Source: a virus. From it: a stretch of DNA of 64,000 bases. Below the pieces are notes generated by a model that worked only from the letters and a program-made list of their open reading frames with translations, had not been told where the DNA came from and ran no database searches. The stretch spans positions 64,001 through 128,000 of the IMG/VR virus record IMGVR_UViG_3300036399_001571, one strand, 5' to 3'. The translations under genes and the position numbers were made by a program. Shown here in pieces: positions 1-9,507 of the stretch; position 1 is the first letter of the stretch, and each line of letters starts with the position of its first letter.

Positions 1-591
1 AGACGCAGTCGAGTAGCTTCCAGTCCCAATTCCGTTTATTGCATTCACTCTGAATACATATGCAGTTCCGTTTGTCAAACCGGTAACCGTCACGGAAGTT
101 GCTGTCGACGCGGCACGGCTGAACGTCGTCCATGTCGAACCACTGTCTGACGAGTATTGAACTGTGTAGTCAGTAATCGAAGAGCCAACAGAGGCTGGCG
201 CAATCCAGGCTACAGAAGCCGTTGTATTTCCATAAGTGCTTGGAAGAGTTACTGTTGGTGTTGCTGGAGCGGAAGGTGCAGAACCAAGAACAAGTGGACT
301 AGAAGATGCTGACGCCACTGATTCAGTAGCACTTGTTGACTCAATCGCAACAGCAGAGAATGTGTAAGTTTCTCCCGGGGTGAGTCCGGCCAGCATGGAT
401 ACCGTTGTGGAACTAGTTGTTGCAGTTACTCCATTGCTCGCAGTTACGCGATATGTAACTATTCCAGACTTGCCCTTATATCCAGTATGGGTGATTGTTA
501 TGTCTGCTGTTCCGCCAGCACCTACAACACTAGTTACTTCGCTTGGTGGGTCGATAAACTTCCCACCACTTGCCTGATTGCCAGGAATCAT
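1..591 (-). CDS. Fibronectin type III repeat virion/tail protein (runs off the window edge)
   Basis: Own translation from ATG at 591 (ATGA overlap with the upstream stop), open to position 1: ...LTPGETYTFSAVA...ASVAWIAPASVGSSITDYTVQYSSDSGSTW...VTGLTNGTAYVFRVNAINGIG, typical FN3 motifs. Confidence 0.8.
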   Translation of the reverse strand, partial: MIPGNQASGGKFIDPPSEVTSVVGAGGTADITITHTGYKGKSGIVTYRVTASNGVTATTSSTTVSMLAGLTPGETYTFSAVAIESTSATESVASASSSPLVLGSAPSAPATPTVTLPSTYGNTTASVAWIAPASVGSSITDYTVQYSSDSGSTWTTFSRAASTATSVTVTGLTNGTAYVFRVNAINGIGTGSYSTAS

Positions 592-3500
592 GACGCCGCC
601 AAGTCACCTATAACAAACCATTCGTTTGCATTTTCTGTTTTGACCAATGTGCAAGATGAATAGCGTGCTCTTAGATAAACACCAGGTGTTGCAAGAAGTG
701 TCACTCCAGAGCCAGCAAGTATTCTTGTTTTACCGGTTCCTCTTTGAACAACGGTAATGCTTGTGCCAGTACCGAACGCAACAACTGAAGCGCTTGGAAC
801 AGTCAAGTCATTAGCAGAGCTCGAGTCCATAATGATGATTGTCTCTGCGGCATCTCCGGAAGCGAGCGTATAGTTGCCGGCCTTTGCACTGAGTGATTGA
901 ACACCCGTTGTTGAAACCGAAGCAGTAGAGCCTTCGCCCTGAGTGTGAGAGATAGCGATTCCAGTTCCAGCAGATACGTTGAGCATGTAGTCACCGACGG
1001 TATCTGTGCCAAGATTAATTGAATCGTTAACCCATACGGTTGATGCACTGTTGTAGCGCAAGAATTGACCGTCAGACACTCCATTGATTTTTACGTTGTG
1101 GAGTTCTTCTATCTCGTAACCGTTTTGACACTTGACATACATGATACCGTTTCCGGAGTTTGCCCTGGCCACCACTCCAACAAACACGGTATGAGCAGGA
1201 GCAACTGGCTTCGTTACGGTGAACGTTCCGGGAGTTGAACCCAGCCAGAGTGCGTCACCAGCAGTGTATGAACCCAATGCGATTCCACTTACATATCCAA
1301 GCGTTGTAACTGTTACATTTGCGCCTGAATCCGCGCCAACAGAAACAACACCGACAGTTTTGGATGATGTTGCCTCTGATGAATTAGATGCCCTCTTTAC
1401 TGAAGCCAAGTCCCCAGCAGCACCAAATAGGTAAACAACTTCTCCAACGCTAAGTGCGTTTGCTTCGGCATTTCTTGCATACGTTACCGTAGAAGCAAAT
1501 TCGTTGACCCAGTTTGTTCCGTCATAAACAAGAGACTGACGATTAAGCGGACTTGTAATGACTGTATCGTTGAGACTGTCTTGACCTATTTCTGACAGAA
1601 GCAGAACGTTGTTATAAGTAGTTCCGTCGTTGGTGAAGTCCCATCTATCTGCGGACTCGTTCCAGCGCATAACGACATTTGCGGAAGTTCCACGCTCTAC
1701 TTCAATTCCAGAGTTAAGTGTTGGTAACCCTGTGATTCCCGAATTCAAAACAACTATGTTGTCTTCGACTAATAACGTTTCGGTGTTTAATGTCGTGGTG
1801 GTTCCGTTTACAGTTAAGTCCCCACCGACAACGACATCACCAGATGTTTCAAGTCTTGCAAATGAAACAGACGAACTAGTTGCTACAGCTTGCCCAATTG
1901 CAATAGTTGCATTTGAGCCCTCACCTGGAGTATGTGTAATTGTTATGCCAGTGCCCTGGGTAAGGTCGGACATGTAGTTCCCGGTTGTGTCAGTTCCGAG
2001 CGCTATGGAACCAGCAAGCGCCACAGTTCCATCTGCATTGGGGAGTGTGATTGTCCTATCTGCAGTTGGGTCTGTTGCAACAAGGAATGTTTCGTAGTCG
2101 TTTGCGGTGGCTCCTTCAAAGACAACTCCGCCACCCACAGTGACGCTTCCGGCAACAGTTAGATGGCCTGGGTCGGAAATAGAAGAAGATGCAAGAATTT
2201 CAGCTGAGCCCTGTATCTCTGTCTTGCCACCACCAGCGGCGGCGTTTGAAGTCACTCGCACGAACCTGGTTGCCTCGTGGCTTATTAATTCAACGGTGCC
2301 GGTGTTTGGTGCAATAAACCTTATTCCGCTAGCTGTTCCTGCATTATCAGCTAAAAGCGCAGTTCTTGCTCTTCCGTCAGTGAAGTATAAATTTGTAGTT
2401 CCCTCTGTTACGTTGTCAGAGTTTCCAGTTGTATCTGTCCCAAGCGCTACGGAGTTTGGCTGAATTGTTGCAGTTATACTTACATCAGACGAACCATTGA
2501 ACGATACAGAACCAGTAACATCTCCACCTAAAGAGATTGTTCGTGCATTTTCAAGAGTTGTAGCAGTAGAGGAATTACCGATTAATGGTGCAGTGACTGC
2601 TGCGAACTGAACAGAAGATGAAGTTCCGACGGCCTGACCAATTGCCACGGTTGGGCTTGAGCCTTCACCAGGTGTATGAGTTATGGTGACACCAGTTCCA
2701 GCAGTCAGGTCGTTTACATAGTTTCCTGTTGTGTCGGTCCCAAGTGTAACGCTATTTGGTTGAATAGTCGTAGAAATATTTACGCTTGCAGAACTGTCAA
2801 ATAAAACAGAGCCAGACACATCTCCGCTTAATGCAATTATATGAGAACCGAGCAAATTTGAAACAGTGTCGTTGTACCAATCAAGACCATCAAATGCAAG
2901 AACGTCGCCAGTACTAGCTGTGCTGATGTATACGTTATTAAGCTCTTCGACTGTTGGGAATTCTGGTGTGAGCGTTACTTGAATCCAAGAACCTGAGTAA
3001 TAGGTATAAAGCTCAAGTTCGCTTGAGTTATACCAAAGGTCGCCGACTCTTATCTCGTCAGTAGGTTCCGTGTCCGAGACTGTAATGAAGTGGATTGTTT
3101 CGTTAATCCAAGCAGAAGCAGAGTTCTTGTAAACAAGGAAATCTCCCTCTTCTACATCACTGATTGTTACGTCGCCAATGTCGTTTAGGCTGTTGATTGT
3201 CGGGATTGATGCCCACTCGACTCCAGCGGATGCTGAGCTACTTGCTTTGAGGAAGTAGCCTTCTGCTCCAACACCCAAACGAAGAAGGTTGGTTCCATCA
3301 GTGACGAGTAAGTCACCTTTGGTGGTGAGTTTGCTTACAAGTTCATTGGCTTCATCTGCGTCGTTGGCGGTGAATACTGGGTAGATGACAGAGCCAATTT
3401 GGTGCTCTGAAGCGGTGGTGTCATCCTGAGCTCTAACGAGAGTGAGGGTTGAACCGGAAATCGTTGCCAGACACTTTTCTTCATAAATAGAAGATGGATT

Positions 3501-3647
3501 GATGACAACATAAAAAGGGATACCAGCAATTGATGGCCAGCCAGTGGTTGCTGCAATGTCAACAGTTGTTCCGACATTCGTCAAGAGTGTCGTCGTTGTC
3601 GTATTGCGAGCCGCGCCCGAATATTGTTTACGTGTATATGCTGCCAT
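588..3647 (-). CDS. Tail fibre-like virion protein, 1019 aa
   Basis: G/S/T-rich; repeated LGTDTTGNY...GTG(V/I)xI(T/S)HTxGEGS modules; KLTTKGDLLV, LNDIGDV and ELHNVKI fibre-type motifs; within a structural cluster. Confidence 0.7.
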   Translation of the reverse strand: MAAYTRKQYSGAARNTTTTTLLTNVGTTVDIAATTGWPSIAGIPFYVVINPSSIYEEKCLATISGSTLTLVRAQDDTTASEHQIGSVIYPVFTANDADEANELVSKLTTKGDLLVTDGTNLLRLGVGAEGYFLKASSSASAGVEWASIPTINSLNDIGDVTISDVEEGDFLVYKNSASAWINETIHFITVSDTEPTDEIRVGDLWYNSSELELYTYYSGSWIQVTLTPEFPTVEELNNVYISTASTGDVLAFDGLDWYNDTVSNLLGSHIIALSGDVSGSVLFDSSASVNISTTIQPNSVTLGTDTTGNYVNDLTAGTGVTITHTPGEGSSPTVAIGQAVGTSSSVQFAAVTAPLIGNSSTATTLENARTISLGGDVTGSVSFNGSSDVSITATIQPNSVALGTDTTGNSDNVTEGTTNLYFTDGRARTALLADNAGTASGIRFIAPNTGTVELISHEATRFVRVTSNAAAGGGKTEIQGSAEILASSSISDPGHLTVAGSVTVGGGVVFEGATANDYETFLVATDPTADRTITLPNADGTVALAGSIALGTDTTGNYMSDLTQGTGITITHTPGEGSNATIAIGQAVATSSSVSFARLETSGDVVVGGDLTVNGTTTTLNTETLLVEDNIVVLNSGITGLPTLNSGIEVERGTSANVVMRWNESADRWDFTNDGTTYNNVLLLSEIGQDSLNDTVITSPLNRQSLVYDGTNWVNEFASTVTYARNAEANALSVGEVVYLFGAAGDLASVKRASNSSEATSSKTVGVVSVGADSGANVTVTTLGYVSGIALGSYTAGDALWLGSTPGTFTVTKPVAPAHTVFVGVVARANSGNGIMYVKCQNGYEIEELHNVKINGVSDGQFLRYNSASTVWVNDSINLGTDTVGDYMLNVSAGTGIAISHTQGEGSTASVSTTGVQSLSAKAGNYTLASGDAAETIIIMDSSSANDLTVPSASVVAFGTGTSITVVQRGTGKTRILAGSGVTLLATPGVYLRARYSSCTLVKTENANEWFVIGDLAAS

Positions 3648-3670
3648 GATTACTCCTAGTTTACTTCATC

Positions 3671-6082
3671 TCAACTAACAAGGGCCTGAATACCCCAGTA
3701 CCCAGCAGTAATGCCTGATACTGGGTCTTGGTCATAAGTTGCAAATCCTCCGGATATACCAGTTCCACTTGCGGTTCTAGGCGCAGTGTGCAGACCAACT
3801 GCAGTATCTCCTGCAGTAGCTCCGCCGGTACCAGTTGCTGTAAGTGGAGTTGTTATTAGTTGAGTTGTTGACTGCGAACTTTGACCATGTGCTGATGCTG
3901 TTCTTAGGATTGTCAGCAATTGAACTAATGATGATGAACCATTTCCATTTCCATTTGCAGCTCTTGGTGCTGTGTGCAGACCTATCGCTATGTCCCCAAC
4001 GGTTGCGCCACCAGAAGCAGTTGCTGAACGCAAATTGCCATGAAGGGTTAGGTTGCTAGAGCCGCTAGTTCCTGTTCCAGTTGCGGTTCTTGGTGCTGTG
4101 TGCAATCCGACAGCAGTATCTCCTGCCGTAGCTCCGCCTGATGCAGTTGCCCCTCTCGGTGAAGTGTGCTTTCCGATTGCTGTTTGTGTCGCTGTTCCAG
4201 AAGATATTGATGTTCTATAAAGAATCTTGAATTCGTTAGTGCTTTGGCTTCCAGTTCCAGAACCAGTTGCACTTCTAGGAGCGATATGTAGACAAATCGC
4301 TTCATCTCCAGCTGTCGCTCCACCAGATGCAGTTGCGGAGCGGAGATTACTGTGAAGAGTCGTATTGCTTGACCCACCAGTTCCAAAACCTGATGCAGTG
4401 CGTGGAGCAGTATGCAATCCGATTGCAGTATCGCCAGCAGTCGCAGAGCCAGAGCCATATCCGGTTCGTAGATTCGAGTACAGAATTGTGTTATTCGAAG
4501 TTCCAGCACCAGAACCAGAAGCAGTTCTAATGAATGTTGTAATAATCGATGCTGAAGAATCACCAGTTCCAGAACCGTTTGCATCTCGTGGTGCAGTATG
4601 CAAACCAGTTGAATCCTCTGAACCCTGACCGGACGCGCCTCCTGTTCTGATTGGAGTCTTAAATGATGCAGTACTTTCTGAACCGACTCCATCTCCACTG
4701 GCTGAACGAGGTGCGGTATGGAGGCCAATCGCTTCGTCATTAACAGTTGCTCCACCATCACCGTATGCGGTTCTAATTTTTCCATATCTAAATGATGCAA
4801 GAGACCCAGACTGTCCTGATGCTGTTCCAGTTCTATAAACTGTGTGCAATTGCTCTGAAGTTGAAGAGCCGCTTCCATTAGCTGAAACAGTTCTAAAGAA
4901 TGTGCTCTTTTCTTCAGATGTCTCTGAACCTGTTCCACTTGCAGATGCTGTTCTAAGCGAAGAGTGAAGAATCGTTGCTTCATCACCAGCTGTAGCCGAA
5001 CCAGAACCATATCCAGTTCTGATATTTGAATACAGAACAGAGTTATTTGATGAACCAGTGCCCGATGCAGATGCCGTTCTCGGATGAGTGAACAGCTGAG
5101 AAACTGATGAATCTCCATCGCCAGAACCATTTGCTGTTCGTGGCGCTGTATGCAGACCATTTGAAGAATCAGAAGATTGTCCTGCTGCAGAACCTGTTCT
5201 GACTGGGGTCTTAAATGATGATGAACTTTCAGAACCGCTTCCAGAAGCACTTGCAGTTCTGAGACTTGAATGAAGGATTAATGCAGTGTCACCTGCAGTT
5301 GCGGAACCTGAACCTTGAGCGGTTCTAAGGTTCGAATGAACGATTGAGTTGTTTGATGTTCCAGAACCACTAGCTGAAGCAGTTCTAAGATGCGTGTGAA
5401 GGGCGGAAACAAATGAATCGCCATTTCCTGAACCGGTAACACTTCTTGGTGAAATGATAAGTCGTGTTGCAGACTCGCTTGACGTTCCATCTGCAGTTGC
5501 TGTTCTTGGGGATGTGTGCAGTCCAGTTGCAGTTGAACCACTTGTTGCTGAACCGGAAGCAGAAACAACAGCTGTTCTAACTCTTGTTGATGATTCACTG
5601 GACTGACCAGAACCAGTTGCCCCTCTAGGAGCTGTGTGAAGACCAATTGCTTCGTCACCAGCTGTCGCCCCACCTGATGCACTTGCAGCTCTAAGGAATG
5701 TTATTACTTCACTTAGATTGCTTGAAGAGCCGGTTCCGCTTCCGCTTGCTGTTCTTGGCGAGATATGCAAGCCAGTTGCAGAGCTGTTTCCGGCTGCAGA
5801 AGCAGAGGCTTGTCTTGGTGAGACGTGTAGACCAATTGCTTCGTCTCCCGCAGTTGCAGAACCAGAGCCAGTGGCCCCTCGTGGAGAAATATGTACCGAG
5901 ACAATAGCGTGGCTAGATGTAGCAGATGCTGAAGCGGTTCTTATCGCCGTATGAAGTTGCGATACGGACGAAGAACCGATTGCTGTAGCGGAGGCAGTCT
6001 CCGATACTGTTTTAAATCCTACATAGAACGACGACGTCCCTCGGAACGGCTCCGAGAAACTAATTATCTCTTGTTCATCCAT
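3671..6082 (-). CDS. S/G/A/T-rich tandem-repeat virion protein, 803 aa (20/22-aa repeats)
   Basis: Roughly 35-40 units of the form RTAxGSGxxxxxxxxLHTAP; own SD (aggggagtg); lies among structural genes. Confidence 0.65.
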   Translation of the reverse strand: MDEQEIISFSEPFRGTSSFYVGFKTVSETASATAIGSSSVSQLHTAIRTASASATSSHAIVSVHISPRGATGSGSATAGDEAIGLHVSPRQASASAAGNSSATGLHISPRTASGSGTGSSSNLSEVITFLRAASASGGATAGDEAIGLHTAPRGATGSGQSSESSTRVRTAVVSASGSATSGSTATGLHTSPRTATADGTSSESATRLIISPRSVTGSGNGDSFVSALHTHLRTASASGSGTSNNSIVHSNLRTAQGSGSATAGDTALILHSSLRTASASGSGSESSSSFKTPVRTGSAAGQSSDSSNGLHTAPRTANGSGDGDSSVSQLFTHPRTASASGTGSSNNSVLYSNIRTGYGSGSATAGDEATILHSSLRTASASGTGSETSEEKSTFFRTVSANGSGSSTSEQLHTVYRTGTASGQSGSLASFRYGKIRTAYGDGGATVNDEAIGLHTAPRSASGDGVGSESTASFKTPIRTGGASGQGSEDSTGLHTAPRDANGSGTGDSSASIITTFIRTASGSGAGTSNNTILYSNLRTGYGSGSATAGDTAIGLHTAPRTASGFGTGGSSNTTLHSNLRSATASGGATAGDEAICLHIAPRSATGSGTGSQSTNEFKILYRTSISSGTATQTAIGKHTSPRGATASGGATAGDTAVGLHTAPRTATGTGTSGSSNLTLHGNLRSATASGGATVGDIAIGLHTAPRAANGNGNGSSSLVQLLTILRTASAHGQSSQSTTQLITTPLTATGTGGATAGDTAVGLHTAPRTASGTGISGGFATYDQDPVSGITAGYWGIQALVS

Positions 6083-6104
6083 GAGGGGTCACTCCCCTTG
6101 TGGA

Positions 6105-6473
6105 TTAGTCGAGTGTTAGTGTAAGAGAAGTAATCTCGAAAGTGTCGCCTGCAGTAACTGAAGCGTTTGCAGAAAGAGCACCGTACCAGAGGCAGTTGCC
6201 AGCTGTTGAGTTGTCCCACATTGACCAGTGTGAGTATGTCTCTGTTGCAGCTACAAGTAACCACTCAACAGTTGCTGTTGAAGTCTTTGAACCGCCAGAT
6301 GCAGCGCCAAAAGCGACAGCCTTTCGGTCTGTTTCTACTGCAGGGTTGCCGGTTCCATTTTCGCCCGGGTCCCCAAGATGAAGCTTGAGATAAGTAGCAG
6401 AAGCCGAGTATGCCGAACCCGAACCATCCAAGGTATCGAGTAGCTCGTTTTCTAAGTAGTTTGAAATTGTCAT
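6105..6473 (-). CDS. Phage tail-associated structural protein
   Basis: MTISNYLENELLD...YLKLHLGDPG...GNCLWYGAL...AGDTFEI, a pattern common in small tail/fibre-associated proteins. Confidence 0.6.
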   Translation of the reverse strand: MTISNYLENELLDTLDGSGSAYSASATYLKLHLGDPGENGTGNPAVETDRKAVAFGAASGGSKTSTATVEWLLVAATETYSHWSMWDNSTAGNCLWYGALSANASVTAGDTFEITSLTLTLD

Positions 6474-6529
6474 GTGAATGATACCTTTTCGCTAGGGGCC
6501 GGTTAATACCGCTTGCTAATAGAATACAC

Positions 6530-6964
6530 CTATGGAGTGAACTCTATTTGAACAGTTAGGTCCATTCCTGGATTTAATGAACCAACAGTGTCAATATCAA
6601 CAGTTATGTAGTCACCTGCAGAAAACTCTTTGATATTCGGTGTAGACGTTGACACAAGAGTTTGACCAGCAAAAATTTTGGGCCTGTTTGCTTGGGTGGT
6701 GAAAACGGTTGTCCCATTTTTGTTCACATCTATGGTTATGTCCGCCCCTGTTGGCGCTGTACCAACAGATGCTCTGACGTTTCCGAGAGTAATTGGCCCC
6801 GGGATATAGAACTTTGCCCTACCTGTTCCCACGCTCAGGGTTCCAGGAACGGTAAAAACCTGCACCTGGTAAGTGAACTGCTGAACCCCAGGAGCACGCG
6901 TAGTTGTAACGAGAACCCTGTTAGGGGTTTCTGTCGTAATTACTTGGACAACATTCTGCGTCAT
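6530..6964 (-). CDS. Putative structural protein
   Basis: Beta-rich (VRASVGTAPTGADITIDVNKNG...GDYITVDIDTVGS); context. Confidence 0.5.
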   Translation of the reverse strand: MTQNVVQVITTETPNRVLVTTTRAPGVQQFTYQVQVFTVPGTLSVGTGRAKFYIPGPITLGNVRASVGTAPTGADITIDVNKNGTTVFTTQANRPKIFAGQTLVSTSTPNIKEFSAGDYITVDIDTVGSLNPGMDLTVQIEFTP

Positions 6965-7389
6965 CGCGTCACCTCTTTGGAGAGGATAAAGTCACCCTCA
7001 AGAATTCTGTCTACTTCATTTGAGGGCGAGATTATCTCAATGTCATAAACGCCGGATGTTGATATCGCCCTGGTGTCCTCGGCCCGTATAAAAAGATTTA
7101 TCGTTCCGTCATCTGGGTCTGCATTCCCAAGAATTATTCTAAATGTTGATATGTTCTCAGTTGTCAGGGTGGCAATTGGTGTTGCCGAATCAATGTACTT
7201 TCTAACCTGCATTCTTGCTGTGTATCCAGTTAAGTCCCAAATCAGGAATTCTGGGCAAACTTCTGGGTCTTCGCAATTCCCTGGATAATCCGGGTTCGTG
7301 TACTGCAGGGTCAGTTGGAGGTCAAAAGTTGACCCTTGCTGACAAGTTATATTGTATTTTCCCGCAACCATTGACACGGTTTTCTCCAA
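6961..7389 (-). CDS. Putative baseplate/tail structural protein (BppU-N-like)
   Basis: YNITCQQGSTFDL...WDLTGYTARMQVR...GVYDIEI...RILEGDF pattern; probable start at MVAG (~7370). Confidence 0.55.
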   Translation of the reverse strand: MEKTVSMVAGKYNITCQQGSTFDLQLTLQYTNPDYPGNCEDPEVCPEFLIWDLTGYTARMQVRKYIDSATPIATLTTENISTFRIILGNADPDDGTINLFIRAEDTRAISTSGVYDIEIISPSNEVDRILEGDFILSKEVTR

Positions 7390-7444
7390 TCATTGACCTA
7401 GAAGATTGTAGATTAGAACACGTCGACTTGGTCGGTAGTTAGCA

Positions 7445-7660
7445 TCAAATTGCTGAAGCAGAGTCCTTATTTGGTCCGACCTTCTTGAGACCCATTGACA
7501 TTGCCACTGAGAGAGCAACGGCTGTAACTCCAACTTTCAAATTGCTCTGGTTGACCAAACCATCAAAGTCGGCTCCAGTAGCAACCCATGCGGCAAGGTA
7601 GGCCTGAAGAAAAGTTCTGACTGCTCGCTCAACTGTGTCTTTAACAAATTTGCTTTCCAT
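7445..7660 (-). CDS. Holin (r1t-like)
   Basis: FVKDTVERAVRTFLQAYLA plus two hydrophobic segments; SD gaggag upstream of ATG 7660. Confidence 0.65.
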   Translation of the reverse strand: MESKFVKDTVERAVRTFLQAYLAAWVATGADFDGLVNQSNLKVGVTAVALSVAMSMGLKKVGPNKDSASAI

Positions 7661-7743
7661 ATCTATCTCCTCAATCTTTCGGTATACCCAATTTACCACA
7701 CCTGCCTACTCTGCAACTTTTTGGATTCTGCTAAAGTCTCGGC

Positions 7744-8841
7744 GTGGCTCCAAAAAAACGAAAACCAACAATCGGTTTCTTGACCAGCGACTGGTCATGG
7801 GGGACTGACCCACTTCAGCCAAACGGCTGTGCGTGGTATAGATGCAAACTGCCTTCTGACGAACTAAACAAAAGGGGCTGGTTCACTACCGTTGGTTTCC
7901 CTGGTTTCAATCCACAACGCGGATTTGGGATGGTTGTACCTGGAGACAAGGCTGTCCACGGCTGGGACATTATTGTTTTCAAGCTTTTAATGCAGCGTGC
8001 GGTTTTGGAGGCGATGCCGCGAGCCAAGGAGCTTGGTCAAAAAATAGTTGTCGACATAGATGACTGGTTCGATGGTTTGGCTGTAACCAATCGCGCACAT
8101 GCAGCAACTGACCCCAAAAACAATCCAGACAATAACCGTGAAATTTATGCTGAAATAATCATGCGGGCTGATGCGGTAATTACATCAACTCCGTTTCTTT
8201 TTGATTATTACGCAAAGAAGCGCGACAACGTATTCCTGGTTAGAAATGGGATTGATATTAATAGGTGGAGACCACGAACCCCAAGAATGAACCATCGGTT
8301 AAAACTTGGCTGGGTTGGTGCGACCCCGTGGCGTTCCAACGACCTGGAGACACTTTCGCCGTTTTTAGGTAAATACCTAGTGAGCAGAAAGATGGGTTTT
8401 CATCACTCTGGACACACATTAAACGGAGCTCCATTTGCCAATAAACAACTTGGGATACCAGACAACATAACAAGAACCTCTCCATTAGTTCCGATTATGT
8501 CTTATCCGAAACTGTTTGAGCCAATCGACATAGGGATGGTTCCACTTAGCAATGTCCCTTTTAATCATGCAAAGTCGTTCATTAAAGGTCTTGAGTACGC
8601 AGCTGCTGGGGTTCCCTTTATATCTTCTTACTCTCCTGAGTACAAATACCTAGCCGATAAGGGTATTGGCAGAGTTGCCTATACGGCAGATGACTGGATT
8701 TATCATTTTGATGAATTGAGGATAACTCAAATCAGAAGAGATGAAATAGAGCACAATTTAGAGATGCTGAAGGATTTTACGATAGACAAAAGAGGTGAAG
8801 ATTGGGATGCCACTTTTAGGGTGATTTTGGAAAAAATATAG
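7744..8841 (+). CDS. Glycosyltransferase, GT-B (GT4-like)
   Basis: VVDIDDW, LGWVG, DIGMVPL...FNHAKSFIKGLEYAAAGVPFISS. Confidence 0.8.
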   Translation: MAPKKRKPTIGFLTSDWSWGTDPLQPNGCAWYRCKLPSDELNKRGWFTTVGFPGFNPQRGFGMVVPGDKAVHGWDIIVFKLLMQRAVLEAMPRAKELGQKIVVDIDDWFDGLAVTNRAHAATDPKNNPDNNREIYAEIIMRADAVITSTPFLFDYYAKKRDNVFLVRNGIDINRWRPRTPRMNHRLKLGWVGATPWRSNDLETLSPFLGKYLVSRKMGFHHSGHTLNGAPFANKQLGIPDNITRTSPLVPIMSYPKLFEPIDIGMVPLSNVPFNHAKSFIKGLEYAAAGVPFISSYSPEYKYLADKGIGRVAYTADDWIYHFDELRITQIRRDEIEHNLEMLKDFTIDKRGEDWDATFRVILEKI

Positions 8842-8850
8842 GCCACCGTA

Positions 8851-9507
8851 ATGAGCGATATAGATTTTACATTTGGCATAATCACTGTCTACGAGGACAA
8901 GCAAAGACTTGACGAAATAATAGACAATATTCGAAGTTTAAAAATTCCAAGATTTGAAATACTTATTGTTGGTGGTGGTGATTCATCTGGTATTGATGGA
9001 CCAGACATTGTGAAAATTGACTTTGACGAATCAGTTAAACCAAAGTGGATTACAAGGAAGAAAAACATTCTTGTTCAGAATGCAAAGTACGAGAATATTG
9101 TGCTGATGCATGACTATCACGTATTTGACGCGAGCTGGTATGAGGAGTTCAAGAAGTTTGGTACAGACTGGGAAATCTGTTCGTGCCCCCAGTACCTAAT
9201 CAATGGCGACAGAAATCCAATGGATTGGTCACTTTGGGACAAGCCAGGACATGGGCGCGCCTGGTCGCTTGATTACAACGACTGGACGCAAACACAATAT
9301 ATGTACATATCTGGTGGATTCTTCATGATTAAAAAGCACGTCATGATTGAGGAACCTCTTGATGAATCGCGCGGGTGGAACGAAGAAGAAGACGTTGAGT
9401 GGTCAATGCGTGTGCGCAACAAATACGTAATGAAGTGCAACGGAAATAGTATTGTTCGTCACAACAAGTGGCACAGACATGCAGGGCCCAATCCAAATGA
9501 AAAATAA
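8851..9507 (+). CDS. Glycosyltransferase, GT-A (GT2-like)
   Basis: FTFGIIT, EILIVG, KKNILVQNAKYENIVLMHD (DxD-like), EEDVEWS. Confidence 0.7.
   Translation: MSDIDFTFGIITVYEDKQRLDEIIDNIRSLKIPRFEILIVGGGDSSGIDGPDIVKIDFDESVKPKWITRKKNILVQNAKYENIVLMHDYHVFDASWYEEFKKFGTDWEICSCPQYLINGDRNPMDWSLWDKPGHGRAWSLDYNDWTQTQYMYISGGFFMIKKHVMIEEPLDESRGWNEEEDVEWSMRVRNKYVMKCNGNSIVRHNKWHRHAGPNPNEK

Noticed and set aside
4048-5954. Long alternative-frame and antisense ORFs over the repeat protein (4048-5250, 4365-4628, 5278-5682 and others)
   Set aside because: Shadow ORFs caused by the biased codon use of the 803-aa repeat gene.
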